Shown here: positions 25,920-39,276 of the stretch, one piece after another
Layout: each line of letters begins with the position of its first letter
How positions within the stretch are numbered: position 1 is the first letter of the stretch
Origin: Octopus bimaculoides
Lineage: Eukaryota
NCBI RefSeq assembly: GCF_001194135.2
Contig: NC_068983.1
Coordinates: 127,433,499 to 127,497,498 of the forward strand
Reading direction: 5' to 3'
DNA: 64,000 bases
Position numbers and translations under genes: made by a program
The notes under the pieces: model-generated
What the model saw: the letters and a program-made list of their open reading frames with translations, nothing else
What the model was told of the DNA's origin: nothing
Databases searched by the model: none

Positions 25920-26060
25920 CCAGACGTCTGACACTGTTTTGGCAATACTTTTGCAGCTGGATACCCATTCGAATGCCAACCACTTTACAGTGAGGACTTT
26001 GTACTTTTAAGTGGCACCTGGACTGATAAAGTGACCAAGTACCTTCAAGAGAAAACAAAA
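25920..26060. mobile_element. Probable interspersed-repeat fragment (non-autonomous, RTE-associated type)
   Basis: gctggatacccattcgaatgccaaccactttacag...aagtggcacc resembles a repeat I recall from octopus sequence. Single copy in this window, so not internally confirmed. Confidence 0.35.
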
Positions 26061-26186
26061 CTTTCTTGAGGGGAAGGGCATTGGAAAAGTTGATCCTGTG
26101 CCGGATGAGGAAATTTTATAGGGAGACAGAGACATAAACTGGCTTCTTTCTGTAGAAGAAGTACAAGGTTCCCGGCCGGAGAGCAT

Positions 26187-26253
<67 letters not shown>

Positions 26254-26684
26254 GGACAGACAGACTGAGATAGAGAAAGAGAGGGAATGAAGACAGAAAC
26301 AGGTACGCTACTGCAAAGGAAATACGTGGTTAACCAACCTGAGGGAAGTGCAGGAGAAGGAGAGAGACAGAGACAGAGACAGAGAGAGAGAGAATGGGGG
26401 ACAGCAGAATAGAGATGATGGAAAAATGTCGGGCATACTCAGAAGGGAAAGGGATCAGAATATAAAGGGAATGGTTGCGAAAAAGAAGAGAGATATATAG
26501 ATGGTGGATAGTGCTAGGGCATAACCTTGAGATTCAAACGCCATAATATAAGTGGCAGGATATTGCGAAGGAAAAGTGATTAAAGAGTGCGGAGACGGGA
26601 GTGAGCGGCGAAAACCTTGATATGTACAACGTCGGGCGGGGGGNNNNNNNNNNNNNNNNNNNNNNNNNNGGGGGGGGGGGGTAC

Positions 26685-27020
26685 CGGATCGCAATGATAC
26701 AGAGGAACAGGGCCGTGAGGTCAAAACTGAGGAGAGACAGCAAGGAATAGTATATGTAGGAAATGTGAAGACGAGAAGAGATGTGGAGATTTAGATTGGT
26801 TTGTTGCAGTAGGGTGAGTGAAAAATTTTCTTGTTACGTGTGGGTAGAACATGCAGGCCGGGAGCTAGCGGAGAGCAATGATACAATGGCACAGGGCCAA
26901 GAGTACAGGATTGGGGTGTGGGAGAAAAGCATAATGCATAAAACGGAAATGTGAGGACGAGAAGAGATGTAGAGGTAAAGTTTGTTTTGTTGTGATAGAA
27001 GAATTCTTGCTAAGTGTGGG
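26685..27020. repeat. Diverged 184-bp tandem duplication abutting the RTE 3' end
   Basis: gcaatgatac at 26691 and 26875; ggaaatgtgaRgacgagaagagatgtRgag and ttcttgYtaMgtgtgggt occur in both units. Confidence 0.8.
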
Positions 27021-27865
27021 TGGGACACAGCGCTTCTAGAATTCACTTTCACTGACGTGAGCAGGTCTTCTCTAGAACTTCGTATCACCAGATATCTCGG
27101 TGAGGCCCAACATCCTGAGATCGGTCCTAACCACTTCATCTCACGTCTCTCTAGGTCCCCTGCTTCCGCAGGTACCATCCATATTCATTGATCGGCACTA
27201 CTTTATGCAGCTGTCCTCATCCATACACATCACCTGTTCAAACCAACGTAGTCTTCTTTCTTGCATGCTACATTTGATTCCTCTTGTAGCCAGCATTTCT
27301 CTCAATATATGTTTTCATTACGGTCCATGTGCGCTGATGTTGCACGGACAACGGAGCATACTACCTTAATTTCTCTCCAGTCCACGCATGTCTTCTGCAT
27401 TCAGAGCCCATGTCTCCCTACAATGGAGTGTAGCCGTTCGCACACAAGCATCATATAGTCTACCTTTTACACTAAGAGGGATTCCTTTTGTTGCCAACAG
27501 AGATTACTAGTAGCTCTTTGAACTTCCTCCACTCAACACTTATTCTAGAAACAATATTTTCAGAGTACCCTTCACCTTTGCTAATTTGTTCACCTAGGTA
27601 ACAACATTAAGAGAACCTCCTGGGCATTTGAGACAATCTACGTCCCGGGTGCTCTTAGTGCTAATTGTTCTTGTATATTTGCCCCATACAAAGATTTCTT
27701 TAACTCTTAATCTACATGCGATTCCACTACACCTTTTATGCGTCTATAGTTTACCCTGGGTGCAGCGAATAGAATTTCTCCTAACTCCCTTGCTACATAC
27801 TGAGCAGGGCCATTAACCTGACGGAAAGAGAATGTTATCTTCTTTCTTACTAGACATATAACGGG
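27010..27865 (-). mobile_element. 5'-truncated RTE-clade LINE ORF2 3' region with PHD-like Cys/His finger, inactivated
   Basis: Minus-strand translation: WPCSVCSKGVRRNSIRCTQGKL*THKRCSG...LGEQIS...WRKFKELL...LSVKGRLYDACVRTATLHCRETWAL...RRLRWFEQV...DEVVRTDL. Confidence 0.9.
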
Positions 27866-28721
27866 TTAAATGGGTTAAGAGCCCCCTCAGTCAGGATTTA
27901 CCAAGTGATTGCGCCTAGAAAATTCCCCTCTCAAGCGCAATTTATATATATATATATATATACTATCATAAAAGGTAAAACTCATTAATTATTTTCCCAA
28001 GGGTTCAGCGCTCAGATAAAAACCTTACACGTAAATTTTACAAGTATTATAATAATTATATACATAATTGTAACAAAGGATTAGCTATAAGCCTCTCCAC
28101 GCGCTAGAAAATAGACGCCAAAGGATGTTACTACCACCTTAAAAATTCCGAAATGTAAAACACGGGATGTAGTCGAGCAAAATAATGATAATGAATTACA
28201 CTTTTGGTTAAATGTGTACAACATCCCGTTTTAAGCTTAAGGAAAGATATGTATGCATATATATATATATCACAAATAGAGAAACTCACATCTTTAATGT
28301 TAAAATTCACCTTACAAAGCCCATTATCGCTTCTGTTGTATTAACATATTTAGATTTAGAAAAATCATCTTGTAGTAATTCTGTTTTTGTTCCTTTGTTA
28401 CTTAGCCGTTCTGTAACACTTTCACATGACAAGCTAAAGTAAGAGGCATATTGGGGAAAAGGTGGTGGTGAGTTAAATCTCTATTTTTTATTATTGTTTG
28501 AACTAAGTTTTTTTCATCCGTTCTTTGCCTGTCTGTAACGCTTTAAATTTGATTATTTAAAGGGACACAGATCAGAATATAAATGGGACGGTTGAGTAAA
28601 GTAAGAGAGACATAAAACAGGGAGACGGAAAAAAAAGTGATGAAAGGAGACTAAGGTAAAGTGTGAGAAAAGGGATAGTGGTGTGTTTTAAGCCTATAAC
28701 ATTGTCCATAAAGTATATAAA

Positions 28722-28752
<31 letters not shown>

Positions 28753-31700
28753 ACATTAAATAAACCTCGTATTCAGATTTCCTTCACTTTTCAATAAGTA
28801 GTAGATGAGCGACTGTCTTTTGAGGCAGAAACAACACGGGCAACGCGTTCAGGATTTTTGGATAAAGTTTTCAGCTATAATGCAATACGTTTACCATAAA
28901 TTCTGTGAAATATGCATGGGTGCCGCTAGTTGAAATTAATGTTCTTTTTATATTATAACATTTGAATTCAACTCTAAAAACAAAGTTCCATGGGCGTGTA
29001 GGTGACGTCAGCTTCATTAAATATTGGAGAAACATTCATTAAAAATATATGTGACTTCTACCTAATGCACTGCATATGAGTTTCTTTGGTTTGTACACTC
29101 ATCCGCCAATATATATACGTGTAAGAAAGTGTATATGTATGCTTTAGATTATATCACTGTATATCAGTATCTATCTCTCGCTCTCGCTCTCTACTGCTCC
29201 CTATGTGTGTGTATGTGTGTGTGTATGTGCGTGTGTGTGTGTATGTGTGTGTGTATGTGCGTGTGTGTGTGTATGTGTGTGTGTATGTGTCTGTATATAT
29301 ATATATATATATATATNNNNNNNNNNNNNNNNNNNNNNNNNNNNNNNNNNNNNNNNNNNNNNNNNNNNNNNNNNNNNNNNNNNNNNNNNNNNNNNNNNNN
29401 NNNNNNNNNNNNNNNNNNNNNNNNNNNNNNNNNNNNNNNNNNNNNNNNNNNNNNNNNNNNNNNNNNNNNNNNNNNNNNNNNNNNNNNNNNNNNNNNNNNN
29501 NNNNNNNNNNNNNNNNNNNNNNNNNNNNNNNNNNNNNNNNNNNNNNNNNNNNNNNNNNNNNNNNNNNNNNNNNNNNNNNNNNNNNNNNNNNNNNNNNNNN
29601 NNNNNNNNNNNNNNNNNNNNNNNNNNNNNNNNNNNNNNNNNNNNNNNNNNNNNNNNNNNNNNNNNNNNNNNNNNNNNNNNNNNNNNNNNNNNNNNNNNNN
29701 NNNNNNNNNNNNNNNNNNNNNNNNNNNNNNNNNNNNNNNNNNNNNNNNNNNNNNNNNNNNNNNNNNNNNNNNNNNNNNNNNNNNNNNNNNNNNNNNNNNN
29801 NNNNNNNNNNNNNNNNNNNNNNNNNNNNNNNNNNNNNNNNNNNNNNNNNNNNNNNNNNNNNNNNNNNNNNNNNNNNNNNNNNNNNNNNNNNNNNNNNNNN
29901 NNNNNNNNNNNNNNNNNNNNNNNNNNNNNNNNNNNNNNNNNNNNNNNNNNNNNNNNNNNNNNNNNNNNNNNNNNNNNNNNNNNNNNNNNNNNATATATAT
30001 ATATATATATATATATACATACATATACAGAGCATTATTAAAGTACGATTACGAACTCCTGTTTAAATAGTTGAATAACTATGGTCTGAAAATATATCAA
30101 ATATTTTCCTCGAATTAATCAGCATAGGTTTTAAGCTTTTGATATCCAGTCATTCGCTCCGAGATATAACATTATCGATTGAAATAGAAAAAATATTGAT
30201 TATATTATCTTGAGAATATCTTTCGTTGCGTTATCTTCTCCTTTTGCTGCTATATTGCACAACAGTGGCGTTAATAGTTCATAATTGTATGTGAGCTTGG
30301 AAATTAGAATCTGTCGCCGTTCATGCTTTCCAACGAATGAATTTATGTTTCATAGTATACTACAGACTAAATATTTATACGCGTATTGTTTTTAATTACT
30401 TATTTTGCAGAGAATGGGAAGCTGTTATAATACATTTTCAGAAGAACCAACTATAGGAACCAATATTTTCATACCAGGACATCTGGCACTTGCAATGAAT
30501 TATACTCTACGAAAGTTTCCATGAACTATATTTAGCTTCTAATTCATTCGTAACTCCGAGGCTATGATTAAATATGCTCTCAAAGATGCCATGTTGTGAG
30601 ATTTAAACCGAAAAAATGATGACATTCTTTTTAACACGACAGTAATGTGTAATTCGGTGATAATGTTGGTGGTAGTGGTGGTAAAGGTTGATGGTGGCGT
30701 TACGTATATGATGAAAGTGAATACTGTGTAATAATGTTATTGTTTTTCATCCATATGTCAGCCTTCGAGGATTAGACATATCAATGGTGTTTCATTTATT
30801 CACAGCTGGTGTTTTCCTATATTTTTTCCCCGAAACTTCATTGTTCAATGCGCTCTATTGTGTGATGAAGATGATGATAATTGAAGGAGAAATTTCAGTT
30901 ACTCACATTAGCTCCAGCCAAAACATAAGGAAGTAATTGTTATCCTCCCGAAGAGTATTACTTCACACAAGGATTATTTTGTATACAGAGTCTCAATCTC
31001 TGTATGACTCACATCAATTTCATTAATCTGTATAAATAAATATACACCACTGACAGATTCAGTTTTTTTTTTTAATAAAACGGGGTTGTCGCGACAAGAA
31101 TGCTTATTTGCATCTAAATAATAAAAGTATAATCATCTATAGTTGCTTGTCTTTAGGGCCTCTTGATTCAGTTAAAGTCATGAGATTTTCTTTTATATTT
31201 TAATGTTTTAGAGTGTGCCAATTTAAGAGATCGATGTTTTTACTTCCATTATCAGATTGAAATCTCTGATTAGAAATAATTAGTCACTTTCATAAAAAAG
31301 TTTAATGTTCAAAGTATTATTGTATTTGATGTAAAGTTAAATGAATCATGTAATGTCTGCTGCCAAAAGTCATTCAATGATGGATGAACAAAGAGTCAAG
31401 TCCTGAATATTCAGATGCAAAATAGCGTCCAACTAAATTACGTAAAACATTTATTGTCTTCCTAATACATTCTTGGTTCAAATCCTAGTAATACAATTTC
31501 AAATTTTAATTCTCAATTATTTAAAATCTCCTTAATTAACTTCTAGAATATACCATGCATCATGTTATATAGTATATATTATATCGTATAATATAATAGA
31601 AAATAATGTATGATATATACAATATATTACGCATCATAATACATGTTACGCTATTGGTAACGGGAGGAAAGACTTGCAACAGTATGAATCTAAAGAATGC

Positions 31701-34073
31701 AGATATTAGGTTAATCCAGTCTCCACCTTTAAGTTGGAGAGAAGATGGGGGCCCAGTTTTGCTAATGGTTTTATGCATCCACCACTGGTTGTATACGCTT
31801 TACTTTTTGCGAACTGCAAATGCCAACATTATTACGAGTCCCCAGAAACTGCTGCTGGACTTGAAATACAAGCCTTCCCCGCGTAGTTTTCTGTTTCGTT
31901 GTTATCTTTGTAAATCTGCCGTTAATACAAATGAATAACGATATATTTATACATGAATGTTCATTGTAGAATATCTTGAGCATGTCTCTATTTACAAGTA
32001 TATATCTAGGTATATTTTATACATTTTACCCTAGTCGTCTTATTTTTTTCATTATTTCTATATATATACATTTGCATATGTAAGGCATATACATATCTAT
32101 GTGTATATGTTTTTATTTCATGAAGTTTATCTCAATTGTTAACTCACTCATTCAGTAAATTAGCAAGTAATTTTCAGAATATCACTGAAGGACGCATAAC
32201 CTTAAAGCTAATTTCAGAAGAATCAATGTATATCAGCTGGCAGGTTTGTTTAGTGTATTTCTTCACGTGACATGGTCTGCTATGATTCAGAATGGCATTT
32301 GATGAAAGACGCTGTAGCTGTGACAGGATTTTTGTTTCATAAGCACCGGTATTATATAATGTTTGGGTAAGGTTTAGCTCAGTACTATTCTTAAGTATAA
32401 ATGAAAATTCCCTATGATATCCCGGTGTTCTAGACTATCAATTTGACATGAGTAATGTGTTGTGCACTGCAATACAAATCTCACTAACTCGCAGCAACGA
32501 TATTTAAGAGAATAATATCTGGAAGTAAATATAATTGTTTTTCCATACAATTTGCCGTAGCGTTTTCAGTTTAACGAGAGCAGCGGCTGGTTTATCGGAG
32601 CGTTATACGTACGTTGGAACTGGCTTCTCGATGAGTCATCTGAAAGGTGATAGTACTGATATCCCTTTGAAGCGCGATTCGAATCATTAGACATAGAATA
32701 TGTTTTACATTTGTTTTCATTATTACACGGAAAATAAGATTATATATCTTATATGGTGGAAAATGGAGTTACATAAATATTGGGCCTTCGAAAGACAAAT
32801 AAAGTAGCACCAATTATTCTTATTAGTAATACCTGGCTACCTAAGTAGCCGTGTGATTTTTAGCTCTTTCTCTCGACTGTGAGTCGATCACTTTTTGACA
32901 ATTTCACCCCTTTTAAATGCAGGTATAGTCTCGTTAAATTAACATGTTTTTGCTCGCCACATTAAATACAATAGTACTTCAGATTCCTCTTAGTTTTATT
33001 ATGGTAGCTTTCATCTACGAAAATATTTGTTCATAAGTGATGTACCAATGCCTTTCCATTCATTTGTCTAAATAAGTACGTTTGTTTAGCGGAGACGTTC
33101 TGAAGACCCGTTTGTCTATTGCCACAGAAATGTGATTGAAAACCTTTTCTATAGAATTACTTTGTGAGATTGGGATGAGCAGTTAGCAATTGTCTCTGTG
33201 ACTATAAACCCGTCCAAGCATAATTATCGATTAATGATATCGCAGAGCGTTCTTTGATTGTAATTAGGTCTATAAAACGAAACCGTCTTTTCTAATTTGG
33301 ATATTACAAACACGTAAATGCATGTCTTCAAGTAGGTGGAACGAGACAATCCAAATTTATTTAGGGAATGGAATTGGGAAATTTCAATTTTCTTTTTCAA
33401 AGATATTATGACTGCATAAGGTAATATGAATTCAAGTGAGAATTTAAATTATATTCCTTTCTTCAGGAAATTACTTTCCTTCAAACAACGTTTTCTTTTG
33501 TGATTATTCTTACATTTTACATTTCGTCGATATAAGGGTATCGGGAATTTGGTTTGCTAGGCAGAAATGTAATTGAAGTCTCTTTGCTTCTGTTTTGATT
33601 CCGATGTGGATTAGATACTATTATATGATGAAACTAACAGGTATCTGTTTACTACGAACCATGTTAGGCTTCTATTTTTTATATTAAAGCGTAATAAAAT
33701 GGTACTATTATATGCTTTGACAGGGTATATTTGTGATAAAATGCTACACAAAAGGTTGTAAGAATTTTCGAAAGTTGATTTTTCCAAAACACGAAAGATA
33801 TAATAATTTTAATGGTACTAAGATATATGTTCTTTTCTATGGGTGTTTTTATTTTAAATGATATGAAGAGAGATGAAGAGGTGAATTTAAGACAAGATAT
33901 TCGTTACTTGTAAACAATAATTTATTTATGTGTTGGGAAGACTCGATCGGGATAAATACAACCGTAACATTAATAAAGAAGGGATGTATGAATTCATAAA
34001 TGAATACATTCTCGATCTTTTGGTATAACTGATATAGAGGAATCGATATCATCTACGACACGGATATTTTTTT

Positions 34074-34421
34074 GAATCTTTTCCTTTTGGCCGGCGCATA
34101 GAACAAATATTTGTTTTGTAAATAAACACTTTCAAATTTTGTATATTGTTAGAATGTGACAAAGTAAATTTACACCACCAGAACGTCTCGTTGACAAACC
34201 ACAGCAGTAATTGTTTTCACCTCAATAGACGTCGTTGATTGGTTGAAATTACCGAAATAAAACAAATTTAACACGAAATATCTTCGAAAATAAAGAATTT
34301 TCTTAAAAACACCAAAAGTAAATGATGTTTTAAATGACACATTCTACCAGTATACGAAATCTGAAAGTGTTTAGTTACAAAAAAAAAATGTTTCTATGTG
34401 CCGGCCAAAGGGAAAAGATCC
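34074..34421. mobile_element. MITE-like element, ~345 bp, 28-bp TIRs, non-coding
   Basis: atcttttccttttggccggcgcatagaa (34076-34103) versus ttctatgtgccggccaaagggaaaagat (34392-34419): reverse complements with 2 mismatches. Confidence 0.75.
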
Positions 34422-34928
34422 ATATTTTTTAGGGTGGATTTAAAGGTCCTATTTTTGCTAAGGATTTACTGAAGGTTTAATTGCATTGTGTTTAATATGC
34501 TTCTGACCTAGAGTATAATTGTCTGGCTTTAACTATATGGCAAACCTACTATATGTTAATGTTTAGAAATATTAAATTCGCGCTTAGTAGCAACTCTGAA
34601 TTTGTATTTATTTATTATTATATCCTATTTAACTAACATATATTCTTTCATATTGTTTTGCCACAAATTTCACTGCTTTTAAAGGCGGATTTTAGATACA
34701 GTGATGTCTATTCGTTTCTTAAATAAAGTGTTACTGAGTATGTGGGGATAAAAACTCCTCGTAGTGTTGCTTAGTAGGTGCTTACCAATTGCTGTCTAGG
34801 ACTTATTTCAACAAATACAAAATATCAATCACTTTGCATTTATAATACCCTGTAAATCTGTTAAATGAATATATATATATATATATATATATATCACTGT
34901 GTGCGTGTGTGTGTGTGTAGCTGTGAAT

Positions 34929-34966
<38 letters not shown>

Positions 34967-35001
34967 GCATGTATGCATACATAAATAGAAATAAAGGAAT
35001 A

Positions 35002-35041
<40 letters not shown>

Positions 35042-36515
35042 AATAAAGAAAGAAAAAAAGAGAAAACCATGGTAGTTGTAAAGATTTTTATCGACATAAA
35101 ATGACTATTGCGATTCTGCGAGTCATATGCTTTAGAATATCGCTGATACAGAGAATGATATACTGAATAACATCCACCTATTTTCTGTCTACCGATCATT
35201 TCTGGTAACTTCCATGTAGTAGTAACACATATTGATTTCATAGAATCTTTCAATATATGATAATGTTTAAAATGATAAACTTACAACCATTATACCAAAC
35301 CGAGAACGAGAGGTAGCAGCTGAACTTTTGCAAATGCATTTATTTATTTATTTACTTATTTACTTATTTATCCATTTTTCTTACAAAGCGTCAATTTTCA
35401 CATAAAAATATGCCTGCTATATAAAAGCATGTCACACGTCGAATAGCTTTTTTGCAATATATTTTGCAAGATCACCCTAACTGAAGTCCCATATATGTAT
35501 TTATCGATATATTTTTAGAGAAAAAAAAATTAACGCCTTGTTGACTCTCACAAGACAACGTTTTAAAGGCAACATGACAAGAATGCTTTGGTTTGTGAAA
35601 TGTTATTACTGGATTATTTTGTTTCCTTGCTTAGTGCACTCTTAATCTTATATGTTTACTAACACAGGCAATGGAACGACACATTTAAGTATATTTTTTT
35701 CATTTGTTGTTCCTTTACATTCTACTGTTTATTTCTTTATGAATAAATGCGATTTAGCTAACGTTATTTTTTTATGTTTTACTGTTGAGTAGGATCACTT
35801 ATCCTTTTTTGACTTGATTTGTTTTCTTCCTATTAAGAATTCAAAATGTTTTCCAGCAGGGAAAATAAAAAATGCAGTTATTGTTAATAGAAAAGCATTT
35901 AGATTTTGTATTTGTAGCAGATCAATATGGATTAGTTTGCAGGATTCTTAATGCCTTTAGTTGTTATGTGAAGTGCGTCGTTGCAAAGGAGAGGATTTTA
36001 AGCAATATACGAGAAAAATCAAAGAATTATTCATTATCCATTTCTACATTTAACAGACATTTCATTATAAGAGCATAAAATAATGGATGCTATAGCAATG
36101 ACTATTTTTTTTTACAGACGACTTGTTGAAATTATCACAAGAATCATATATAAATCATGGTAATCAAGCATCTAAGAAATATTGTTAAATATGTATTAAT
36201 AAAATTATAGAATTTCGTCGCTGTTGTTATCGCATTTAATGTTGCTGCTCTTAGTTTTTAACCCCAGAGTTGAAAGTCAAAGACTCGCCAGACATGTAAT
36301 AGATCTAGGAGTATGTAAAACAAAAATGTGTGATAATAGAAGGGCGTGGCTGCTATATNNNNNNNNNNNNNNNNNNNNNNNNNNNNNNNNNNNNNNNNNN
36401 NNNNNNNNNNNNNNNNNNNNNNNNNNNNNNNNNNNNNNNNNNNNNNNNNNNNNNNNNNNNNNNNNNNNNNNNNNNNNNNNNNNNNNNNNNNNNNNNNNNN
36501 NNNNNNNNNNNNNNN

Positions 36516-36625
36516 AATATCACTGCATCGCAGCTTCTGTAGGTGTGGTTTAAGGCAAGTGTCTTCTATCACAGCTTCGGCATTCCATAAAAAAAGTAGC
36601 GAAACTTAGATATGCAAATGGAAAA
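36516..36625 (+). mobile_element. SINE family B fragment beside a gap
   Basis: cactgcatcgc...aaggcaagtgtcttctatcacagcttcgg. Confidence 0.5.
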
Positions 36626-39123
36626 CGTGTGCAAACCAATGAAATACACCGCTCCTTTTCCTGGGTGGTAGATTTAATTTGTTTTGCAACAGCATCCAAT
36701 ATTTGAATGCCACCAGTGTGACAAAGACTTAATACATCGCTTAGTTGTTAAACAATACCACGTGACCCTTGAGGGCACTAAGTGGGTTCTTTTTATTTCA
36801 ACTATTCAGGTCAAGTCTTCATCCTAAGAATCACTATTTCCCTTCCTAACACCTGTTTTGGAAACGGAAAAATATTAAGAAATGCTTTTGAGTTTTCTAA
36901 GTTTGACATGAACAGTCGAATATATAGTGACTACTATCATCTAAACAAATGATATTGTTCGGTAAGGGATAAGCTATTGATTATTCCAAATAATATGCGA
37001 ATAAAAGGAAAAAAATAAACATATTCATTCCATTTATAAAGTTTTCAACTCGATACATTCGCTAATATAATCCTTCAATCAATATTTTCCATCTTTCAAT
37101 ATATTTCATTAAGCATCAGAGTAGAATAATATATAACTGGTATTTAAACAACATATACAAGACCTAATAACAGTTATTGGAGTATCGGTTAGAAGGTCTT
37201 ATTGTATTCGTTCTGTCTTTCATCTTTCTAGAATCGATAAAATATTTTAACAGTAAGCTTCTGAAATCGACAATACTTTTCGTCTCTTCCTCTCAGTCGG
37301 TTACATTTCACAGTAACAAAGTTGGTGGGAAATTCATCACTACGTACTTCTAGAAAGTTCAGAAGTAGGTAATAACATTTCTTGGTAAGGAATGACTTAG
37401 ATATTGCTGGAAATAACTAAGCATTGGCCGATACACAACCATGTGGCTATCGGTCAACATAAATAAATTATTTATGTTATTCCCCAGTTCTGTTATAATC
37501 TTATATTTGAGTCAAATAATGAAATACTTGAAGCAAGAAACGGTAAAATTTAGTGATGGATTGTAAGAGTTGTCACTACTTAGAACAAAGTGCTTTATGT
37601 GTTTTGCTTCATCGTTTTATGATTTGAGTGCATATCCCTCCGATTACCATTTATTTTTCAAGGGTTGGTACAACTGAAGCGAGGCAATATCAGTTATCAT
37701 ATTTCTAGCAAACATCTAAAATCTGAATGCATGAATTTTGAATTAGGCAGAGTTGAACCGGAAAACGTGAGAAATTCAAAGCCGAAACCTACTTTCAGTA
37801 TTAAACAAAGATTTTACTTTCTATAACATATATCGGCATCCGTATTCCGTGCCACTAGAAAATTCGAAATATTGAAAAGAACAAAGAGAGTCATTTTGTG
37901 ATTATTTATAAATGATGAAATTATAAGGCTATAACGATTAAGAAAATTAAGAATGTTATTATGAAAATTATATGGATGTTTAACGCAAATATATCGGTTT
38001 CACTGAATATTAGAGAATTCGATCATTTTAATGAGCTACACTATGTATAGGCCAAGTTTTATACGTAGTGACCATGTTCATAAATTACTTTAGACGTTAT
38101 ATATGTTACGACTGACAGCTTTAAAGTAAGTTAAATGATAAAGTAAATATAACGTTTTAATAAAATTGTATCAACTCCATTTATGATATCAATTCCAATT
38201 TCCCCATCAATTACACCGGTAATTACAGTGCAAATGTTAGCAGTGAAAGAAGCCTTGTGCAATAATTCCAAACGTCTGCCATAAAATATAGCACACATTT
38301 TGTCTGTCCTCGAAGGAAATAAATAACATAGGTAAAGCTAAGTACGTTTCTTTTTCTGTTACATTTCCCCAGAAATTTATTTAACCTTTTTAAACATCGC
38401 TGCGCATTTAAGTTTCAATAATACGCCGCACGCAGTTCCGGCTTTGCACATTAGACAAAAATTAAAATTTCATGACATTTAAAAAGAAAACTAATCGTGT
38501 TGCAAAACACCGTGTAATCCTGGACATTAAATGATGTAACAGATATATGTACTGTCATTTACATGAATATTTAAGACAACCTGTCATTGATATCATAATA
38601 CCACTTTGAAGCACAGAGCTTCGCTTGTTTAAATTAATCATAATAAATTAGTTAAAGATGATATATAATATTGGTAGTGTGAAATGTAATAATATCGCAT
38701 AGTGGTAAGACATTTGTACATATGTATATTTCTGTATGTAGAGGCTTGTACGTATACTTATCAACATATATTAAGGTGCGCATGTTTGTTCATATATAAA
38801 TATATACATGCTCATATATACGTATATGCAGGCATAAATTCCAGTGCATGATTTTACATATATCTTTGTATGTCTTCAACCTGAACAATAGTGGTTCTTA
38901 TTTCATGCTAAATCACTAAAATAATTGTTTTTAGTTTTGCAGTTCTTTAATGGAGTGTAGCAGTAATCTCCTAATTGACCGTGTGATTTCTCGTTTTATG
39001 AGGCCTGGCTTCTCAGGGTCAGTGCTGACACAATCACTTTCGTATCTATGAATTCCCCAAAATTCAGATATTAATCTACCTTTATACGATCAGTTACAGT
39101 AACTGCAAGTTTTTCATTAGTTC

Positions 39124-39155
<32 letters not shown>

Positions 39156-39226
39156 ATGTATGTATATATGTATGTATGCATGCATATATGTATGTATGAA
39201 CGTATGCAAGTGTGTATGCGTGCATG

Positions 39227-39276
<50 letters not shown>

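Noticed and set aside
28992-29010. GGGCGTG next to a perfect CRE (TGACGTCA, 29003-29010)
   Set aside because: About one such 8-mer is expected by chance in a window this size, and there is no linked gene or TSS evidence.
31606-31938. 110-aa ORF in a slightly GC-richer patch
   Set aside because: It begins in an AT-rich low-complexity tract; no domain or convincing splice pair on either strand.
32303-32325. miR-71-like seed tgaaagac (also tatcacag at 23411 and tattgcac at 30253)
   Set aside because: Matches are limited to the seed and there is no pre-miRNA-length hairpin.
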